Below are positions 31,244 to 41,762 of a stretch of DNA of 64,000 nucleotides, piece by piece. Numbering within the stretch: the stretch's first letter is position 1; every line of letters begins with the position of its first letter. A program made the translations under genes and the position numbers. This DNA is from Leptolyngbyaceae cyanobacterium (lineage in GTDB: Bacteria; Cyanobacteriota; Cyanobacteriia; Phormidesmidales; Phormidesmidaceae), in the NCBI GenBank assembly GCA_965263355.1, contig CBDHHL010000032.1, forward strand, positions 3,296,001-3,360,000. The letters run 5' to 3'. Below the pieces are notes generated by a model, which ran no database searches, was not told where the DNA came from, and saw nothing but the letters and a program-made list of their open reading frames with translations.

Positions 31244-32239
31244 CTAAACGGAGGCAACTAAATTGTCTTTCCACTTGCGGGGTTCGCTAGCACGGCGAAT
31301 GTAACGCCAGATCTGGGTAGCGGCCAATGTGCCATCGGCCACAGCCACACTCACCTGGTTCAGACCCTGTTTGAGATCGCCGACGGCAAAAATACGGTCG
31401 TGAGTGGTTTGGCCCATATTATTAGTTACCAAATTCTCCCCGTCCCAAGTCAGTCCGTCAATCCCCTTGAGATACTGATTGTGATAGATCGAACCCATAT
31501 TAATTAGACCGGTGGTGGCTTCCACAATGGTGCCGTCCTTAAGTTCAACACCGCTCATCTTGTGATTCTCTCCCAAAATGCGAGCGATGGGTGCTTCATA
31601 CAAAGGATATCCATGATCCGCCAACTTTTGCTTCATTTCAGCACCCACAGTAAAGCCATTGGTAAGTACAGAAATGTAAGGAGTAAACCAGTTTAAAACG
31701 AAGGCTACATTAATCTGAGACTCTCGACTGACCATTACCACAGCTTTCTGGTCCCACATATCAAAGCCATCACAGATCATGCAAACGTGTAGCGTATACC
31801 CTGCATAATCGTAGACGTTCTGCATGTCCTCTAGCTCAGGCAAAATGTCAATCACCCCCGAGGCTGCAATCAAATATTTACTGCGCAGAGTGTAATACTT
31901 ACTATTTTTCTTACCAATTTTGACTTTTACTGCAAAGGTATCGCCGTCATCCGTTACCTCTTCTACAAATGCCCGGAGATGATCGGCCCCCCAATCAAGT
32001 GCTTGCTTAGCACCATGGGTCAGAATATTACGTCCTGGTGTGTTGGGATCTAGCCCCAGATAGTTGCGGGTTTCTTGCATCCACAGGGAGCGGCCTTTTC
32101 CTTTTTCAATAACAAGACACTTTAAACCGTAGCGTGCCAGATAAATAGCCGCTGACAGTCCTCCCATACCACCCCCGACAACAATGGCATCGTAGAGGGT
32201 GTCCAAGTGATTTTCAATATTTGCGCTAGATAGTTTCAT
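31244..32239 (-). CDS. Thioredoxin reductase-like flavoprotein (DDOR-like)
   Basis: GGGMGG FAD motif, CMICDG redox motif, IFAVGD; no GGGxxA NADPH-binding motif. Confidence 0.8.
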   Translation of the reverse strand: MKLSSANIENHLDTLYDAIVVGGGMGGLSAAIYLARYGLKCLVIEKGKGRSLWMQETRNYLGLDPNTPGRNILTHGAKQALDWGADHLRAFVEEVTDDGDTFAVKVKIGKKNSKYYTLRSKYLIAASGVIDILPELEDMQNVYDYAGYTLHVCMICDGFDMWDQKAVVMVSRESQINVAFVLNWFTPYISVLTNGFTVGAEMKQKLADHGYPLYEAPIARILGENHKMSGVELKDGTIVEATTGLINMGSIYHNQYLKGIDGLTWDGENLVTNNMGQTTHDRIFAVGDLKQGLNQVSVAVADGTLAATQIWRYIRRASEPRKWKDNLVASV

Positions 32240-32364
32240 TATCGTCTAACCTGCCTTTAGCGGTTATCAGGGGCGGGGATGAGTGTAGTTGGGTTTGACT
32301 GTAGTTCACCTAAAGGGCGTTGGTTGCAAGCAATGACAACACCTAGAGTGACTAGAGATAGAGA

Positions 32365-32400
32365 AGGCAAAGAAGGAGAGACTGCTGACCTTCTTTGCCT
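32365..32400 (-). terminator. Hairpin between the peroxiredoxin and TrxB-like genes
   Basis: aggcaaagaagg-N12-ccttctttgcct, 12-bp perfect stem. Confidence 0.55.
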
Positions 32401-32459
32401 TAGCTGCCTAAATTTAGACGTTTACTGAAGAATTCTCTCCAGTTTTAGGGAGTGTGGGC

Positions 32460-33032
32460 TTAGCCAACAAACTCTTTGCGAGGCTCGGAAACGCCAGGAG
32501 CAGCAACGCCCTTGAGGTAAGCCAACATAGTATCAGCGTCAGACACTTCGAAGGGGTCAGTGGGGCAGTTGTCACCAAAGTCGGGCTCAGCAAACATCTT
32601 CTCGATAGTCATATCGTTAACTACCATGGAGTAGCGCCAGGAGCGCATGCCAAAACCCAGGTTGGACTTGTCAACCAACATACCCATTTTGCGACTAAAT
32701 TCGCCGTTACCATCGGGTAGCAGCTTCACTTTGTCGGCACCCTGCTCTTTGCCCCACTTGAACATAACAAAGGCATCATTGACGGATAGGCAGTAGATGT
32801 CATCAACGCCTAGAGCCTTCATTTCGTCAGCTAGCTCTTCGTAGCGGGGAAGGTGGTTGGAGGAGCAGGTGGGTGTAAACGCACCAGGAAGAGAAAAGAC
32901 AACGATTTTCTTGCCAGCGAAAATATCTTGGGTAGTTGTGTCCTGCCAGCGGTAGGGGTTAGGACCTTCAACGGACTCATCACGGACACGAGTCTTGAAA
33001 ACAACGCTGGGCACTTTTTCGATAACAGCCAT
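32460..33032 (-). CDS. Peroxiredoxin, Prx5/type II
   Basis: [37 protein letters not shown]. Confidence 0.95.
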   Translation of the reverse strand: MAVIEKVPSVVFKTRVRDESVEGPNPYRWQDTTTQDIFAGKKIVVFSLPGAFTPTCSSNHLPRYEELADEMKALGVDDIYCLSVNDAFVMFKWGKEQGADKVKLLPDGNGEFSRKMGMLVDKSNLGFGMRSWRYSMVVNDMTIEKMFAEPDFGDNCPTDPFEVSDADTMLAYLKGVAAPGVSEPRKEFVG

Positions 33033-33097
33033 GATAATTTCCTGTAATTAATTGTTCGGTGGATCAGTCGATTAAAAATCTGACGACTTTTGAGAAT

Positions 33098-33170
33098 TAA
33101 ACCTCAGCCACATCCAAGACCGAAACTTTTCTGTAGAAGAATCTACAAGTTTCACCTTGGAAGCGGTTTG
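33098..33170 (+). repeat. ~73-bp dispersed hairpin repeat, copy 4
   Basis: taaacctcagccacatccaagaccgaaacttttctgtagaagaatctacaagtttcaccttggaagcggtttg; gapless alignment with the copy at 4021. Confidence 0.8.
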
Positions 33171-33233
33171 ACGTCAGTTCAAGCTAAACCTGCTGCAAAC
33201 TCAATTGGGCTTGAGCAGTTACCCTTACAAACT

Positions 33234-33284
33234 AGAATAATTCTTATTTTAAGAAATATCAAGATCCAGAATTATTCTTATTTT
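33234..33284. promoter_or_regulatory. Two Per/Fur-box-like direct repeats between prx and perR
   Basis: AGAATAATTCTTATTTT (33234-33250) and AGAATTATTCTTATTTT (33268-33284), each with a palindromic AGAAT-w-ATTCT core. Confidence 0.65.
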
Positions 33285-33407
33285 GAAATGAGTGTCAAGT
33301 ACTGCAAATACTGGGGTAGTAATGTTATGCTTGTAATATAGAATCTGGCAGGACCTGATGCTTGTATCCTTGGATGCTGCTTAGGTTGCATTTAGAAAAT
33401 ATCGGTA

Positions 33408-33833
33408 ATGACGGCGATGTCTCAGCAGACAGAAGAAATTGTCCAGCTACTTAAATCTAAGCATCTGCGAGTTACGCCCCAGCGATTTGCAGTTTATTCC
33501 AATCTGCTTGCGCGTCAAGATCATCCGACGGCTGAACAAATTCTTCTTGATGTCAATAAGGATGTACCTCGCTCTTCCCAGGCAACTATTTATAGTTCTT
33601 TACAGGCGTTACGGGATGTGGGCTTGGTACGCGAGGTCCTGCTAGAGGAAGGCGTGTGTCGTTATGATGCCAATGTCAGTCAGCACCATCATTTTCGTTG
33701 CAAGGTATGTGGTGCGATTGAGGATATTCCTTGGGAGCAGTTTCAGTGTTTGGATACTGCGCAGCTACGGCCTGGGCTGACGGTGGATAACTATGAAGTA
33801 ACGGTGCATGGGGTTTGCGATCGCTGCGACTAA
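33408..33833 (+). CDS. perR: Fur family transcriptional regulator, PerR type
   Basis: LRVTPQR, DHPTAEQI, ATIYSSL, HHHFRCKVCG, CDRC; divergent from the peroxiredoxin gene. Confidence 0.85.
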   Translation: MTAMSQQTEEIVQLLKSKHLRVTPQRFAVYSNLLARQDHPTAEQILLDVNKDVPRSSQATIYSSLQALRDVGLVREVLLEEGVCRYDANVSQHHHFRCKVCGAIEDIPWEQFQCLDTAQLRPGLTVDNYEVTVHGVCDRCD

Positions 33834-34051
33834 AGCAAGCACAACGTCACAAATCACAGATAGCGACTCATCAAAGCTATTGAATTGTCTGGTAAAAGTA
33901 GGCAGTTTTTAGCCCAGACAAAAAACTTCAGCAGAACTTCGAAGGAATTTGAAGTCCGCATCACCATACTTTGGCACAGATTGCCTTAAAACTATAGGGT
34001 GGTGTGTCTCCTGAATTTCTCTGAGTTGTCCTTTAGGCGTTTCTTAAACTC

Positions 34052-36088
34052 ATGACAGCCCTCAATCCTATTCTGAATTTTCTAACCCAACCTGCTGGGA
34101 CTGACGCAATTCTGCCCCTGGAGTTAACCAGTACAGCTGACGGCCAGGATTCAACTTCCCTATTGCAAAGTCTTAATGCAGCATTCCTTATTGTGTTGGC
34201 AGGGGAGTCTCATCCCAGCTTTTCCGTAGCCCAAACCTATTTAGATAAGCTATCCACATCACCTGATTGGGCTAAAGCAGCCAAATTTTATAGTCAGGCT
34301 GTGCAACTGATGACTCAAGAACTAGAGCAAGCTTGCCAGCAAGATGCTCAGCTAAAAGCCAAGCTAGATCAGATGGCGGACACCCTGGCTGGTGCTGATA
34401 CCGTGACCGCAGCTAACGCTACTTGGTCTGTGTTGTTTCCTGAAGGCACCGGCATTTGGGGACAGGAAGCTGATCGAGTGAACGCCTTACGAGAAAAGCG
34501 TACAGTTACCATTGATCAGCTCAATCCCAACCCGATTGAAAACCCTGCTAAGCAGATTTTATTTACATCCAATGCTCTGCTGACAATGCCCCTAGGCTCT
34601 GCAGATCTATCTGGGTTGGATGCTGATTTTCAGGCTGAGCTAGCCGCAGCCGCTGACGATCCTCAGCTTTACTGGTACGACCACCCCATTCCCATTGGTG
34701 TTGCTGCCGAGAGTAACGAAATTCTCTATGGTCTCAAGCACTTAAACCATGCTGTCGAGTTTGAGAATCAGCAATCCGGTAGCACCGATAAGGTGAACTG
34801 TGTACTGTCAGTATCGGTCACCCATGAGCGCCTGCAAACCCTAGGCAAAAGCTACCTAAAGCAGGTCTTAGCTGCTAGCGAACCGTTGGACCAGCTAAAT
34901 ATCTTTGCCTTTACCGAGACAGATACCAATACGATCATTGACCAAATATTGCTACCCATCTTAGAGAACTCCTCTGCTAGCGCAGATGCCAAGGAAATTC
35001 TGTCAGTCTTTGGTGTGGATGGCCGTTATGGACGTCACTACAGCTTTCTCAAAGCCATTGTTGCCCTATGGAATGTGCTAGTGGATCCTGAGATCAAGGC
35101 CACATTCAAGATTGACTTGGATCAGGTTTTTCCTCAAGCTGAGTTGCTAGAGCAGACGGGGGCAACAGCCTTTGGACATCTGAAAACGCCATTGTGGGGT
35201 GCCACTGGTAAGGATGCAGCAGGTCAACCCATTGAGTTGGGCATGATTGCTGGTGCTTTAGTTAACCAGCGAGATATTCATAAGGGCGTATTTACCCCTG
35301 ATGTCAACATTCCGGCAGCCAAGCTTGCACCTGATGAGTATGTTTTCTTTAGTAAGCTACCCCAGGCGCTATCCACAGAAGCCGAAATGATGACTCGCTA
35401 TGAGGCGGGAACTGATTTTGATGGGGAGACTAAGGCTCTCCAGCGCATCCACGTGACTGGCGGCACCAACGGCATGTTAGTCGATACTCTCCGTCGCTAT
35501 CAAACCTTTACCCCTAGCTTTATTGGCCGTGCAGAAGACCAGGCTTATATTCTCTCTGCCCGTGGTCAGGAGCCTCATTTAGGCTATGCCCATGCATCTG
35601 GCCTAATCATGCGCCACGACAAAGAAGGCTTTGCCCAGGAAGCCATTGCCATGGCAAAAGTAGGTAAACAGGTAGGAGATTATCTACGAATTCTATTGTT
35701 CTCTAAGTATGCTGATGTGCTGCCCGAAGCCACAGACAGCATTAAGGCCGACATTGATCCCTTTACAGGTTGTTTTGTGTCTCGGCTGCCCATCACGGTA
35801 GCTATGTTGAGATTTTCTCTCAAGGTGGCCAATCTATTTAAGGCAGGTAAGACAGACGAGGCGACTGAGTTTATTCACACAGGTGTTTTCCAACTGCAGG
35901 AAGGGCTGGACTTTATCCAGGGAGAGCCTAGCGACTTACAAAAGACCTATGAACGTGAGAAAGCTGGTTGGCAGCTATTCTATCAGGCCCTAGAGTCTGT
36001 GGAGAAAGCTGTACAAGCTGGTGAAGACTGGGCACTTGAGGTGCAAAAAGCTACTCAACAGATTGTGGAGAATTGCCACGTTAACTAA
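34052..36088 (+). CDS. Conserved hypothetical protein, possible GT-A fold nucleotide-sugar transferase
   Basis: 678-aa ORF; FKIDLDQVF (DxD), HVTGGTNG and GRAEDQAY resemble GT-A motifs. Confidence 0.55.
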   Translation: MTALNPILNFLTQPAGTDAILPLELTSTADGQDSTSLLQSLNAAFLIVLAGESHPSFSVAQTYLDKLSTSPDWAKAAKFYSQAVQLMTQELEQACQQDAQLKAKLDQMADTLAGADTVTAANATWSVLFPEGTGIWGQEADRVNALREKRTVTIDQLNPNPIENPAKQILFTSNALLTMPLGSADLSGLDADFQAELAAAADDPQLYWYDHPIPIGVAAESNEILYGLKHLNHAVEFENQQSGSTDKVNCVLSVSVTHERLQTLGKSYLKQVLAASEPLDQLNIFAFTETDTNTIIDQILLPILENSSASADAKEILSVFGVDGRYGRHYSFLKAIVALWNVLVDPEIKATFKIDLDQVFPQAELLEQTGATAFGHLKTPLWGATGKDAAGQPIELGMIAGALVNQRDIHKGVFTPDVNIPAAKLAPDEYVFFSKLPQALSTEAEMMTRYEAGTDFDGETKALQRIHVTGGTNGMLVDTLRRYQTFTPSFIGRAEDQAYILSARGQEPHLGYAHASGLIMRHDKEGFAQEAIAMAKVGKQVGDYLRILLFSKYADVLPEATDSIKADIDPFTGCFVSRLPITVAMLRFSLKVANLFKAGKTDEATEFIHTGVFQLQEGLDFIQGEPSDLQKTYEREKAGWQLFYQALESVEKAVQAGEDWALEVQKATQQIVENCHVN

Positions 36089-36143
36089 CAATCCAACAAG
36101 AACTGTTGGTGTATTGACCAATTATTAACGGTCTAATTAAAGC

Positions 36144-36174
36144 CCGAAGGGCAGTTTCTGCCTTTCGGTTTTTT
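36144..36174 (+). terminator. Intrinsic terminator
   Basis: ccgaagggcag-ttt-ctgcctttcgg-tttttt. Confidence 0.8.
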
Positions 36175-36585
36175 GTTTAAGGAGATTTAGGCAGACGGAT
36201 GGAACTGTTGACTGTTCCGAACTATTCTGCAGGAATTCTTCGTATGGGCATAGCCTCTCTAAGAGACATATGGCTGCCTTAACTTTCTGCAATATGAAGA
36301 TTTAGCCAGTTGAGTGAAGTTGAGATAGTTCTCTTTACAAGAATTCATGAACTTACTCGTAGGGAACAACCTGGTGACTTAGACTGTCGTTGCTATATGT
36401 TATCTACCCTTCCAGACGAGATATCCATGGCCATTTGCCTGTCTCTTTGTTCTCCTGGCAGTGCTGGCTTTGGGGGAGCACCCTAAGGGGAATACCGCAC
36501 TGTTCAGTACTTGTTGGTATCACAGAAAAATTGTCTTGATATCACCTTTGCCAAAGATCAGAGATTTACGAAGGTGTGGTGAAAA

Positions 36586-37232
36586 AATGACACTATTATA
36601 GGCGGTGACGGTAACGACACGCTCAGTGGTGGTAATGGCAATGATACCGTACGTGGAGGTAACGATAGCGACCTGCTCAGAGGTAATAACGGTGATGACA
36701 CCTTGTTTGGCAACAGCGGTAATGATCGTTTAAATGGTGGTAATGGTAATGACACCCTTCAGGGCGGACAGGGTAATGATACCCTCGTTGGTGGAATAGG
36801 GAATGACGAACTCACAGATGTACGCGGAGATGCCAATCTCTTTGTTGGCGGTCAGGGGCTAATACATTGCGTGGTGGGCTCAACCCCATTGATACCTTTA
36901 GGTACCTGAGCTTGAGTGACTCTTTGTTAAGTGGGTTTGATGAGATTCAGCAGCTGCAAATTGGCACTGACATCATTGAAGCTCCGGGCAGGGTAAATGC
37001 TGCTGATTTGCAACAGCTGGGTGAGGCGGCATCCCTATCTGCAACCAATATCCAAACGATTTTGTCTACCACTGATTTTGTCAGTAATGGTGCTGCCACA
37101 TTTACCGTAGATGTTGGCAGTCGTACCTTCCTGGCAATTAATGATGATACGGCTGGTTTCTCGGCAGCTAGCGACGCCATTATTGAGATTACAGGCTTTA
37201 CTGGCAATCTCTCTGATTTGTCTATTGCATAA
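36586..37232 (+). pseudogene. RTX + bluetail-domain surface protein, 5'-truncated and frameshifted
   Basis: Frame from 36586 reads [16 protein letters not shown]... after an in-frame TGA with no start codon; one base missing at the G4 run 36855-36858; continues as (A)NTLRGG...DTFRY + bluetail domain to 37232. Confidence 0.85.
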
Positions 37233-37969
37233 GTTCGGAGTGTTTAAACATCAATGCTGTGACTGCAGAATCCTTCAGTCGCAGCATTGGCATGGAGTTC
37301 TTCACAAGCACGAAGTTATTGCTTAACTAGCTACATTGGCCCATTCTGCAAGCCGAGCAAAGCTCTACATCTTCGCTGCAAGGCATGTGGTGCCATTGGG
37401 AACATCTTAACAGACCACTAGGGGAAGTCAGGAATCAACGGATAGCATAGGCAAGCGTAATACATACATATTCAACGCAGTTGAAAATCTTGATAGGTAG
37501 GCTATTGCTTCAACACCATCTTTGCAAGAACTTAGCTATTTACTAAGCTAGAGTAAAAAAAGTTCTGGTTGAACATATCGATTTAGCGATCATCTCTGCA
37601 GAAAGGTTAGTATGTTGGCTGATTGGGGATGCGCTCTTGTAAGCAATGAGTTTATTCAGGGGTAATGACAACCTGCCAGAATTAGGGAGCAAGTATCTGC
37701 TTAGGTTCTATCAACATGGGTAAACGCCCCTGAATTGTCCTACCAAAAAATTAGGACAACTTTTGTTTGTGTGACTGAGAGCTTATCCTCAGCTACACAA
37801 CTATGCTCAACTAGCCCCAGCCCTTGGGAGCAAAACTTGTTTCCAAAAGTTTTGATAGACTTTTTTCTTAAAAGACCCTTTCAGAAAAGGTCTTAACAGG
37901 ATCTCATGCTTAGAAGTCGCTCTGAAATAAGCGTTTGATTGTTGAAAATATAGATGGAAAGTTAGTTCG

Positions 37970-38686
37970 ATGTCTCAGCAAATTGGCACTCATGTAGGTG
38001 ATGAGCTTTTCGGTACAATTGGTAACGATGTTATCTCCGGTCAAGCAGGTGACGACTTTATTAGCGGTAGCGCTGGTGATGACACCCTCAATGGTGGTAA
38101 CGGCAACGATACAGTCAGGGGTGGTGCTGACAATGATCTGCTCAGAGGCAACAACGGCAACGACATTTTGAATGGTGGTGCTGGCAACGACCTTCTCAAT
38201 GGTGGTGCTGACAATGACACCCTCATTGGCGGACTGGGTTTGGATACTCTGGTTGGAGGCACTGGCAATGACAACTTGCGTGGCAATGACGGCAATGATC
38301 TCTTCATTGGCGGTGAAGGTGCTGATACCATGCTTGGGGGCGCTGGCTCCGATACCTTTAGATATCTTAGGTTGAGTGAGTCCCAGTTAAGCAGTTTTGA
38401 TAAAATCACTGGTTTAGAAATTGGCACTGACACCATTGAAGGCCCTGGAAAAGTAGATGCTGCTGATCTGCAGCAGCTGGGTGCAGCGGCGTCTCTTACT
38501 GAAGCAGACATCCAAGCGGTCTTAACAGCCACTGATTTTGTTAGCGGTGGTGCCGCTACATTTACCCAAGGTAGTCGCACCTTCCTAGCCATCAATGATG
38601 GTACAGCTGGCTTCTCAGCAGCTACTGATGCCATTATCGACATCACAGGCTTTACTGGTGATCTTGCTGACCTGTCTATTGCCTAA
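37970..38686 (+). CDS. RTX + bluetail-domain putative surface protein
   Basis: GGxGxD repeats plus C-terminal DTFRY...[38 protein letters not shown]. Confidence 0.88.
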   Translation: MSQQIGTHVGDELFGTIGNDVISGQAGDDFISGSAGDDTLNGGNGNDTVRGGADNDLLRGNNGNDILNGGAGNDLLNGGADNDTLIGGLGLDTLVGGTGNDNLRGNDGNDLFIGGEGADTMLGGAGSDTFRYLRLSESQLSSFDKITGLEIGTDTIEGPGKVDAADLQQLGAAASLTEADIQAVLTATDFVSGGAATFTQGSRTFLAINDGTAGFSAATDAIIDITGFTGDLADLSIA

Positions 38687-38815
38687 GCGCAAGAGCTGTC
38701 ATCAAGCATTCACTGAATGTGGTGCAAGCACTACGGCCATACTATCGATAGTGTAGTGTAGTACTTTTACTACGTATAGTATGGCTTTAGAAGCTTTAAA
38801 TATCGATTACCCTTT

Positions 38816-38846
38816 AAAAAGGTTCCTGAATCCAGGAACCTTTTTT
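38816..38846 (+). terminator. Intrinsic (bidirectional-type) terminator
   Basis: aaaaaggttcctg-aatc-caggaacctttttt. Confidence 0.8.
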
Positions 38847-39453
38847 ACTTAAAGCCTCAAAAAATAGGTTAAATAATTTCTCTCCTTGAATATAACATTG
38901 GCCATATTACTAATTATAAAGACAGCGAAACACTCTCCTTGACAGTCCCTTTGTTAAATATATGACATTTGCAAAGCGGGGATAAAAAAATGACAATTAT
39001 ACCTATCAACTCAAAATATTCTTTTCAGAAACGCTAACATGCTACTCAAGTGGGGATGTGTTCTTTAAGCCATGAGCTTATCAAAGGTAACGATGGGTTT
39101 ATCAAAGTTTGGGCATTTCTCGAAAAAACTGTACCGTTTGAAGACCCTCTTCTTTGCCGTAAGTTTAATCGAACAGGGCATGGATAACTGGTAGCTTCTT
39201 TACCAAAAATGTCCTTGTACCTTACTAGCCTGTTAGAAACCATGCCCTACCATATCGAGTTTCAACTGAATGTTGGATTTTAATACCTGTCTGGTCCAGA
39301 TTCCCCGACATCAGCAGATCTCCTTGGATCGTTTTGATAGCTATTTTTGTTAAAGCCTTTCAAATAAATGGGGTTTTAGGCAAGGTTCAGGCTTGAAGAT
39401 TGTTCTTGAATACGTGTTTGAGTATTGGAATCGTTAAGTAGGAAATTTGTGTA

Positions 39454-40188
39454 ATGTCTCAGCAATTTGGAACTCATTTGGATGATACCCTTTTCGATAC
39501 ACCTGGAGATGACGAAATCTTCGCTATAGCCGGTAATGACACTGTTTTCGGAGGTGGCGGTAACGACACTATCAGTGGTGGTAACGGCGATGATGATGTA
39601 TATGGTGGTACCGGTAACGACCTTCTAAGAGGTAATAATGGTGTCGACGTATTGCTTGGCGAAGACGGCAACGACCTTTTAAATGGCGGAAATGATGGTG
39701 ATTTCCTTGAAGGTGGAGCCGATAACGACACCTTGGTTGGCGGCAACGGTAACGACATTCTCTACGGTGATGATTTAGTCGGCATTGAAGTCGGTGATGA
39801 TCTCTTGATTGGCGGTAATGGCTCTGATGTCTTAACAGGAGGAGCTGGTGCTGATACCTTTAGGTACCTTCGCTTGAATGAGTCGCTGCTCAGTAATTTT
39901 GATATCATCACTGACCTTGAAATTGGCACTGACACCATTGAAGCACCGGGTAAGGTAGATGCCGCTGACTTAAAGCAACTGGGTGCGGCTGCGTCCCTTT
40001 CTGAAGCCAGTATTCAAGCAGTCCTAACCGCCACTGATTTTGTCAGCAATGGTGCCGCCACCTTTACCCAAGGTGGAAGCACTTTCCTGGCCATTAATGA
40101 TGGTACAGCTGGTTTCTCGGCAGCAACCGATGCCATCATCGAAATTACAAACTTTACGGGTAACCTCTCTGATCTATCTATCGCGTAA
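39454..40188 (+). CDS. RTX + bluetail-domain putative surface protein
   Basis: Paralog of 37970..38686. Confidence 0.88.
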   Translation: MSQQFGTHLDDTLFDTPGDDEIFAIAGNDTVFGGGGNDTISGGNGDDDVYGGTGNDLLRGNNGVDVLLGEDGNDLLNGGNDGDFLEGGADNDTLVGGNGNDILYGDDLVGIEVGDDLLIGGNGSDVLTGGAGADTFRYLRLNESLLSNFDIITDLEIGTDTIEAPGKVDAADLKQLGAAASLSEASIQAVLTATDFVSNGAATFTQGGSTFLAINDGTAGFSAATDAIIEITNFTGNLSDLSIA

Positions 40189-40295
40189 GCTCGATAACTG
40201 TGTAGCATTCACCCAGTTCCTTTAACAACAACGATACTATCGACGCTATCGTTTGACTAGCACATCCATGCTGCTTGTAACAGCATTAGTTCATT

Positions 40296-40331
40296 GCACA
40301 AAAGATTCCTGACCTCAGGAATCTTTTGTGC
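40296..40331 (+). terminator. Hairpin terminator homologous to 38816-38846
   Basis: gcacaaaagattcctga-cc-tcaggaatcttttgtgc. Confidence 0.75.
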
Positions 40332-40963
40332 TTAATGCCACCAAAAGTTTGACCTAGCCAAGACTTCTCGCTGGATACCAACTGAACGCAGAAAATTTTA
40401 CTGGGGACAGAATGCAGTAACCGAAGGCCAAAAGCGAATTGTTTTCCACCTTCAGTCTTCTAGCCTAGTCAACATTTTCCGTTTTGAGTTGATACCCATC
40501 TGCCAATCTACTTGATAACACTTTTGTCAAATATGTGACATTTACAAAGCAAGCATGAAAAAGTTCCCATTATTCCTATCAACTAAACTATATCCTTTCC
40601 AGAAACGCTAATATACTACTCAAGCAAGGATAGTCTCTGTAAGCAATCAGCTTTTTCATAGGAACCATTAGCTACCAATGCTTTAACCTTAGTGACCAGT
40701 AGCAATGTCTCTGTTGTATTTGCTTTAAACCCAACTTTGAGGCGTAACATTTAAGACAAGAGAGTACTGCTGACATCAGCACGTACCGTTATGCCCTCCA
40801 GAAAAAGCAGAAAGATTGCCCAAAGACTCCCTTACAACACTTGAGCTGTTGTTCTTGCTGATTTAACTAGAATGACCTGCTTTAGCTAAATGGCCTACTG
40901 CTATTAGAACGCTGATTGACATAAGTGTTTACCTATTGAAGTTACAAAAAGGAACGTTTTGTG

Positions 40964-41692
40964 ATGGCTGAAATTATCGGTACTTTTGAAGATGAGTTAA
41001 TTGTTGGTAGCAAAGGTGATGACGTAATCTCCTCCTCTGCAGGTGATGATTTGATCGTTGGTCTGCGAGGCAATGACACCCTGAGTGGTGGTAATGGTGA
41101 TGACATTGCGTTTGGTGGAAAAGGTGATGACCTACTCCGGGGGAACAATGGTGAAGATGCCTTATTTGGTGGCAAAGGCAACGACCTGCTAAATGGTGGT
41201 GCCGATAATGATGGCCTGTTCGGTGGCAAGGGAATGGATACCCTGGTTGGAGGCACTGGCGATGACTTTCTCGCTGGTGATGCTGACGCTGATCTTTTGA
41301 TAGGCGGTGCCGGGGCTGATACCTTGCGTGGTGGCCGTGGTAAAGATACCTTCAGGTACTTAAGCTTAGATGATTCCCTGCTATCTGGGTTTGATAAAAT
41401 TCGTGATCTGAACATTAGAAGAGATACCATTGAAGGCCCAGGCAAAGTTGATGCAGCTGACCTAAAACAACTGGGTACCGCAGCGTCTCTAGCAGAGGCA
41501 GACATCCAAGCGATTCTATCAGCGTCTGACTTTGTCAGTAACGGTGCCGCCACCTTTACAACGTCTGGTCGTAGAGGCACCCGCACCTTCCTAGCCATTA
41601 ACGATGGCACCGCTGGTTTCTCAGCCATCGATGATGCCATCATTGAGATTACAGGCTTTACCGGCAATCTTTCTAACTTGTCTCTTGCGTAA
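40964..41692 (+). CDS. RTX + bluetail-domain putative surface protein (more basic variant)
   Basis: Paralog of the preceding genes with GGKGxD repeats; AAGGA upstream. Confidence 0.88.
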   Translation: MAEIIGTFEDELIVGSKGDDVISSSAGDDLIVGLRGNDTLSGGNGDDIAFGGKGDDLLRGNNGEDALFGGKGNDLLNGGADNDGLFGGKGMDTLVGGTGDDFLAGDADADLLIGGAGADTLRGGRGKDTFRYLSLDDSLLSGFDKIRDLNIRRDTIEGPGKVDAADLKQLGTAASLAEADIQAILSASDFVSNGAATFTTSGRRGTRTFLAINDGTAGFSAIDDAIIEITGFTGNLSNLSLA

Positions 41693-41718
41693 ACCAAGGA
41701 CCTGTTGAACGTAAACAT

Positions 41719-41762
41719 TACCCCTTGTAGGGTCATTGCATGCAATGACCCTACAAGGGGTA
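41719..41762. repeat. 44-bp perfect palindrome with GTAG REP-like core
   Basis: TACCCCTTGTAGGGTCATTGCA|TGCAATGACCCTACAAGGGGTA; a related imperfect unit lies at 52272-52311. Confidence 0.85.
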
